Positions 58,803-64,000 of a stretch of DNA of 64,000 bases are shown piece by piece. The notes beneath the pieces are model-generated. The model had not been told where the DNA came from. It did not search any database and saw only the letters and a list, made by a program, of their open reading frames with translations. This DNA comes from Naegleria gruberi. Its lineage: Eukaryota. The position numbers and the translations under genes were made by a program. The stretch is from NCBI GenBank assembly GCA_000004985.1, contig GG738847.1; one strand, 5' to 3'. The number at the start of each line of letters is the position of its first letter. The first letter of the stretch is position 1.

Positions 58803-59812
58803 TTATTCTGAAGGTGATTCCAGAATAATGCTCATGTAATCAGCCATTTCCTTATTGTTAGATTTTTTGTACATTTGAATAATCTTATCCTTGGAATGTT
58901 TAGCAAGTTCCTTGTTTAACTTTTCATTGGAAGAAAATCCCAATGATTTGCAAGTCAAATATAATCCAAAAAGTGCTCTCATGTTTGTTTCACTGTTAAT
59001 ATTAAGTGATTGACTGTAATATTTTCTGGCATTTCTGTAATCTCCAGTGGTGTAAAGAATATCTGCATATTTCAAATGGAAAATATAATTTGCTGGATTA
59101 CTCAAAATCATTTCCTCAATACAGAAAAGAGCATTCTTATATTCAGCATTAGCAAGATAAATATCTGCCAATTCTTCATAAGCTTCCAAATCATTTTGAT
59201 ATATTTTCAAATATTCATTGAGTGCTGTAATACTTTCCTCGATTAAATTTTGCGATCTGAAAATTGCAACCTTTCTCTTGTAAGAGAGAGCATCAGTTGG
59301 ATGATCTTTAAGAATGTCATCATAGATTTGTAATGCTGTTTCGAATTGGTTTTGTGCCTCCATCAAAAGTCCTTCCAATCTTTTTACTCTGAGAGACTCT
59401 CCGAATTGCCCTTGAAGACTAACTAAACATTCCTATATTGTTGTTCCAATCACAATAATTATTTATAATAAATATTATTATTAACAATGTATTATAATAA
59501 ATTAAATAATAATAATAAATTATTACAAGATGATATTTTGTTAAAACATACTTGGGCCACAGTAATATTATTCAAATCAGCAGCTGCTCTCAATAAATGT
59601 TCATAATAATCCCAAACATTGTTTCCAAGTTTTGAGAAGGCTTCACTCTTATGATTATAGAACAAATGTTTTCCGCACTTGAGCACTAAATCAGGTCTCC
59701 TCAGTGAAGATCTCTCACAAACTTCCTTTATAATATCAATACATAGAGATGCTGATGGTTTTCCAACTTGTTTTAATTCCTTCTCGAGTTCGAGCAAGCT
59801 TGGTGTTGTCAT
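58803..59812 (-). CDS. EMC2: ER membrane protein complex subunit 2 (EMC2/TTC35) TPR protein. Exons 59812..59552 and 59432..58803, joined by an intron of about 119 nt (GTATGT...ATAG).
   Basis: 296 codons after splicing. SLRVKRLEGLLMEAQNQFETALQIYDDILKDHPTDALSYKRKVAIFRSQ...NALFCIEEMILSNPANY...NMRALFGLYLT is collinear with human EMC2 ([48 protein letters not shown]...AAFCLEELMMTNPHNH...NMRALFGLYMS). Confidence 0.85.
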
Positions 59813-60043
59813 TTGAAACTCTATTTTTTTATTATTTGTGTTTAGTGCTTCAATTAATAATATCTAAAGTCTGATGAGAATCAACTTCCTAATAACCAAT
59901 TAGATATTGTCATCTTCATCTTACATCCGCTTCCTATTAAAAACAATACACAAATCTTCATCATGATGACAATTGTTAATAACATATTAAAATTCAAGAG
60001 AGAATAAAGTTTTAAAAAATAAAATTTAAGAAGAAAAACAAAA

Positions 60044-60406
60044 ATGCTCGAAAAACCTGTGGACCATCTTGACTCTAAAGGCACAAACGGAATCAACGTT
60101 AGAAGAAGACCAGAAACCCAACAAGTCTATTATGAACACTCTACACAATTGATAGAATGCGACAAGTCCCTTCAACAATTAAAATCTTGTTTGGGAAGCA
60201 CAAATTCAACATTGGATAATGTGGATTCTTCTTGCAAGGCTATTTTGGACTCTACTAAATCAGCCTGTGGTTTGAGAAGGTAAATATCAACATATTGAAA
60301 ATCAAAATTATTAATTGATGAATTTTTAATAATTAATTTCTTTGGATAATTTAGACTCCTCTATGTTACCGATATTAAGAGCAGAGTTCAAAACTTGACC
60401 ATCTAA
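60044..60406 (+). CDS. Small coiled-coil protein of about 95 aa, unknown function. Exons 60044..60279 and 60355..60406, joined by a 75-nt intron (GTAAAT...TTTAG).
   Basis: ATG start. The ORF terminates 1 codon after the AG|GTAAAT donor. The short second exon is in the required phase. Confidence 0.35.
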
Positions 60407-60827
60407 ATCATTGAGTTTTTTCTTTCATCATATCACCAACCCGTTGTGGATTTACAACATCTTTCTTCCTGTCTTTAATTTAATCCACCCACCTTTAGAG
60501 ATGTTGTAGCTTCCATCAATGTTTTCAATCATCATCATCTAATGCTTCTAATAAAAAAAGTAGTATTTAGGGACTTTCTCTACTATTCAACACCTCTTCC
60601 TTTATTAATACTTACCAGTGTAAAAAATGTCTTGATCCGATATTGCATAATATTTATTCATTTCTTTGGATTATCAATAATAACAATATTATATTAATTG
60701 TAGAGACATAATTCAAAGAATAATAATATTATGAATTGTAGAGATGTCTCGTGATGGCTCAAGAAAAGGAACTCAAACCATACTTTGATAATTGTGAGAA
60801 GAGAACCGCCAAAAACACTACAAAAAA

Positions 60828-63800
60828 ATGTCCTTGTTTAATGGGTTATCTTCATCGACTAGTATAAATAGCCCATCATCAACTAACAATACACCCCGAG
60901 AAACAAATGATCACAAAGGGGATTTGAGGAAGAGATCTCTCCGAAAAGTGCATGTTGACTTGCCCTCACCTTTGGAAATTAAGAAATTCAATCGAAGTAT
61001 TAGAAATTTAGAAGATTACAAACCTTTCAAAATCGATGAAGGGAATGGCTATTTAACAACCTCTTATTGGTTTGAATTAATAAGTGCATATACGTTGGAC
61101 ATGGAAATATTTCAGACTATTCTAGCTCTTTCGTCTGCTCTCTTTTTTATCATTTCAACATATATTCAATTGGATATTGATGGCAAACTAACAGCTATTC
61201 TAGTAGTGGATTTGATATTTTCCCTTTTATTTATTTTCTTCTTTGTTGTAAACTTCTTCTTGGCTAAGGACAAGTAGGTTTGCTAGTTATTGAAATATTT
61301 CTAACCCTGGAAAATTAGGAAAATGTATTTTTTTCATCCTTTATCAGTATTGGATTATATTACGGTGGTACCTTCACTAACAATTAACACACTTTCAATT
61401 ATAGGAGGTTGGAGTGGGTTGGAGGACATTTATTCATTTGTCGGTTTATTGAGAGTTTTCAGATTGCTAAGGTTAATTCCTCTCATTAAAAAAATTTCAT
61501 CTAAGGGAGATATCAATTCAATTTATGCAAAAGTTGCAGAGCTAGGTCTTACAATTGCTTGTCTTCTTGTTATATTTACCGGTGTTTTTCAGTGGCTAGA
61601 AAATTATTTTGGGACAAATACCAATATTTATTTTCATGATGCATTGTACTTTATAGGTATTACCCTTGTTACAATTGGGTATGGTGATATTGTAAGTGGA
61701 ATGTTATTTGAAAATTGACTTATTCAATGATTTAGACTCCAACACATTGGACTTCTAGGTTTGCTGTTCTATCCTTCTTCATTATTGGTGTTACAATTAT
61801 TCCAATTCAGGTCTCAGGAATTTATGCCATTGTCACAGCAGAGAAAACAATTTTCAAAGTTAAAAACCCTGTGTTAAAAAAACATGCTATTATAACAGGA
61901 CATTGTAGATTAGATGAAGTGTTGGATTTTATCAAAGAATGCTTTCAGTATAAATCAAACGAGGTTGAGAAGATTATTCGTAAGTAATTCTCAACTCCAA
62001 AAATGTTATTTACCTCTAATATGAAATAATACTATAGTATTATTCAATGACCGACCATTTTGTGAATCCTTGACTGATTCTTTGAGAAAGTTTGATTTTA
62101 ACAGTAAAATTCAAGTGCTATTTGGAGAAATTATGGACTTTGAGATTATGTCCTTACTAAAAATAGCAGAGGCTCACAGGTAAGTATTTTAGTGATATGA
62201 GGATAGAATCCATTTTCCTCCTTAAAGTATTTTTTTATTAAATAGTCCAAAGATAGGAAACCCAAAACAGCAGGACACTAATATTATTATGACAACTATT
62301 GCATTGAGAAACTTTAACCCAAAGATTAGCGTTTATGCTCAAATCAATTTAATAGAATCAAAAAATTTGATTCAAAAAGCAGGTGCTAGAGTAATCGTCT
62401 GTTACGAATCTATTTGTTCGAAGGTAATGTCTGCTTGCTCTACAGCTCCAGTATTTTCTTGCTTTCTGTATAATCTACTAAGTGGAGCTGATGTGGATAT
62501 TGAACATGACAAGTTGAAAGACTATGTCTTTTCTGAAAATTTATCGGAACAAGAGAACGACATTAATTGGATTATTGAGTATTCTGATGGAATGAACAAT
62601 GAATTATATCGAGCCAAGTTCAGCCCTGTATTTTATGGAAGTCTATTTATTGATGTTGCTGAATTGTTGAGAAGATCTGATATTACTATCTTTGCGCTGG
62701 AAAGTAATCATACAATTCATATTAACCCATCAGGTCATAGAATCAAGGAGGGTGATAGATGCTACTGTATTGCGCCTTCTATTGAATATGCTGAATTGGT
62801 CGAAAAATTCAAAATATCTGCTGCTGAGCTCTCAAAGTTTAAATCTGGAAAGGAGGAAGAGGAGATTATTGAATACAATCAAACAGAAGAAAATAACGAA
62901 GAAGCCGAGGTATTTGAACAAGAATTTACAGAATATCTAAAACCTGCTAGCTCTTCAAACAGTAGCTCTAACCAACAACAGAAAAAGGTTGATAATGAGA
63001 AATGGGTTTTAAGAAGTCCTAGACTAAGGGTGACACCCAGATTACGTATCAATCAGTTGCTGAGGATGAGAACTGAAACAAATGTTGATATCTCTCTACT
63101 AAGAGATGAGGATGATGATCACAACACTCACTTGGAAATTTTGCTAAAGTTAATTTCTCCAGAATCATACTTTCAAGAAAAACGAAAGTACTTGCAATCT
63201 ATCAGAAATACATTTACAGGAAGTGAGTTGGCCGAAAAGGAGAAGGAATTCTACAGCAAAATTACACAAATTTATAATATGGTAGACCGACCATTCTCCA
63301 AAGATGAGATTTTCATCCAACACCACAAAGATAAGAATATTAGTGATCACCTAATTATTCTTGGAGATTTCAGTCAACCAGCTATTGTGTGCGCATTGTC
63401 GAGATCTCTTCAAAGGCACTCGAGAGATACCCAAATTGTATTAATGACCGATAAGACTGATTATTTGGATCTAATTTACCAAAGATTAAGATACTTTAAT
63501 AAGGTTTATATTATTTTAGGAAATTATTTGAAGACAACACACTTGAGAAGGGCAGGGTTTGGTGTATGCAAGAGAATTTTATTTTTCGCAACTGAGGATA
63601 AGGATAATGAAATTATCAATGAATACACTATTGATTCGGAGGCAATTAAGCTTTCTCTAGGAATTTCAGTCATGGATAAGAGTAAGGGTTATGTTATTGG
63701 TAAGTTTATCATTCACTTTCATTGTTCATCTAAAGAATTCATAGAATTGGTGAATAGAGCTAATATGAAGTTCTTTCAACATCAGGGAATTCCTACTCAT

Positions 63801-64000
63801 TTAAAAGTTAAGAAAATGAGAGAGGATGGTCTTTTAGATTATGATATTGACGAATTTGATCAATTTTGCTTATTTTCTGATTATTACATCTCTGGAAGAG
63901 TATTTCCATCCTCTTCCTTCCTAAGCAAACTGTTGTCTCAATCATTTCACAATAGAAAGATAGTTGACCTAATTGAGCAATTGTGTTCAGATGAATTTAC
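60828..64000 (+). CDS. Slo/BK-type K+ channel with S4 voltage sensor, TIGYGD pore and RCK domains. 3' end beyond the window. Exons 60828..61273, 61319..61691, 61736..61979, 62038..62179, 62246..~63699, 63745..>64000. Introns 45, 44, 58, 66 and probably 45 nt.
   Basis: S4 LLRVFRLLRLIPLIKK. Selectivity filter TLVTIGYGDI. Then KHAIITGHCRLDEVLDFIKECFQ, ...NIIMTTIALRNFNPKISVYAQINLIESKNLIQKAGARVIVCYESICSK, collinear with BK RCK1 ([24 protein letters not shown]...[22 protein letters not shown]). Exon phases are consistent through exon 5. Confidence 0.8.

Noticed and set aside
62395-62430. Apparent GTAATG...CTACAG 22-nt intron inside K+ channel exon 5 (TCGAAG|GTAATGTCTGCTTGCTCTACAG).
   Set aside because: It is too short compared with every other intron here (43 nt or more). 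It also reads through in frame as ...SKVMSACSTAP..., which aligns with the BK RCK1 segment.
1-64000. CRISPR arrays, rRNA genes, transposons or other mobile elements.
   Set aside because: None seen. No direct-repeat-spacer arrays, no rDNA-like GC-rich blocks and no transposase or integrase/RT ORFs. The only repeats are coding microsatellites and the KKE/D minisatellite.

Overview
This window is eukaryotic nuclear DNA: AT-rich (about 30-33% GC by eye), gene-dense (about 35 protein genes plus one tRNA in 64 kb) and using the standard genetic code. Many of the short or split ORFs in the supplied track are exons of the same gene. At least 25 junctions can be joined by very short introns (mostly 43-58 nt, a few of 75-200 nt) with a GTAAGT/GTATGT/GTAAAT donor and a (T/A)AG acceptor. 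The track also counts TTG and GTG as starts, so the true ATG often lies a few codons downstream. Splice coordinates below were read by hand and may be off by 1-2 nt.

Identifiable genes include MSH6 (with an N-terminal PIP box), GST, eIF1A, an HGSNAT-like lysosomal acetyltransferase, a PUF protein, an OTU deubiquitinase, kinesin-14, ALG1, tRNA-Asn(GUU), U4/U6 Prp4, a two-domain cystatin, condensin subunit 1, a four-exon NBAS homologue of about 2230 aa, EMC2 and a Slo/BK-type K+ channel with RCK domains that runs off the right edge.

The most notable gene is a GspF/PilC-family type II secretion platform protein (39790-41298, minus strand) sitting between intron-containing eukaryotic housekeeping genes. 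Among eukaryotes this family is known only from the mitochondrial T2SS of a few protist lineages (heteroloboseans such as Naegleria, jakobids, malawimonads, hemimastigotes). The window is consistent with a Naegleria-like genome, but that is an inference.

Other points of interest are a 7TM-RGS fusion receptor next to a second RGS-like gene, an SH3 ORF only 40 nt upstream of the kinesin-14 ATG that could be its 5' exon, a divergent pair of P-loop/STAND-like NTPase genes, a KKE/D tandem-repeat nucleolar-type protein whose 3' end lies 5 bp from that of condensin, a Q/N-rich NPF/DPF protein, and several small two-exon ORFs.
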